Origin: Eledone cirrhosa
Lineage: Eukaryota
Length of the DNA stretch: 64,000 bases
Assembly (NCBI GenBank): GCA_964016885.1
Contig: OZ024743.1
Coordinates: 222,828,001-222,892,000, forward strand
Direction: 5' to 3'
This document shows, one piece after another, positions 63,850 to 64,000 of this stretch (position 1 is the stretch's first letter; each line of letters begins with the position of its first letter). Under the pieces are notes generated by a model, which saw only the letters and a list, made by a program, of their open reading frames with translations, searched no databases and was not told the origin of the DNA. A program made the position numbers and the translations under genes.

Positions 63850-64000
63850 TTAAGGAAAGCCATATACAAAGGAGCTGTCAGTAAAGAGAGAGTAGGAAGT
63901 GAGTTTTGTGAGGAATTCAAGGTACAGGTAGGAATCCATCACGGTTCTGTTCTCAGCCCACTACTGTTCATCGTAGTTCACCAGGCCATAACTGAGGAGT
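63850..64000 (+). pseudogene. RTE reverse-transcriptase remnant
   Basis: [33 protein letters not shown]; an upstream piece lies at ~60900-61010. Confidence 0.8.

Overview
Eukaryotic, AT-rich, repeat-saturated DNA. It is most likely a coleoid cephalopod (Octopus-like), inferred from the SINE families and microsatellite load and not confirmed. I can support no host protein-coding gene. The window is a mosaic of transposons and repeats. Retroelements: a young 5'-truncated RTE LINE with an uninterrupted ORF (31613-34081), many RTE/CR1/CRE remnants, two tRNA-derived SINE families, a Penelope-like GIY-YIG fragment inside a large inverted duplication, and a 2.2-kb non-autonomous LTR element with tRNA-Trp PBS and PPT. 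DNA transposons: a Chapaev3-like element nested in a hAT-like MITE, a mariner pseudogene, a Merlin transposase fragment, and piggyBac-, Tc1- and pogo-like MITEs. Several minisatellites visibly arose inside TEs, and there is a 200-N gap. The most striking signal is a set of type I hammerhead-ribozyme motifs. Three well-formed copies (8946-9010 minus, 20943-21009, 23912-23966) have different stem II sequences but conserved pairing, the same C.C mismatch at stem II position 4 and the same minimal stem III. Several decayed copies lie inside fold-back (palindromic) Penelope-type structures; a related fold-back encloses a Merlin transposase fragment.
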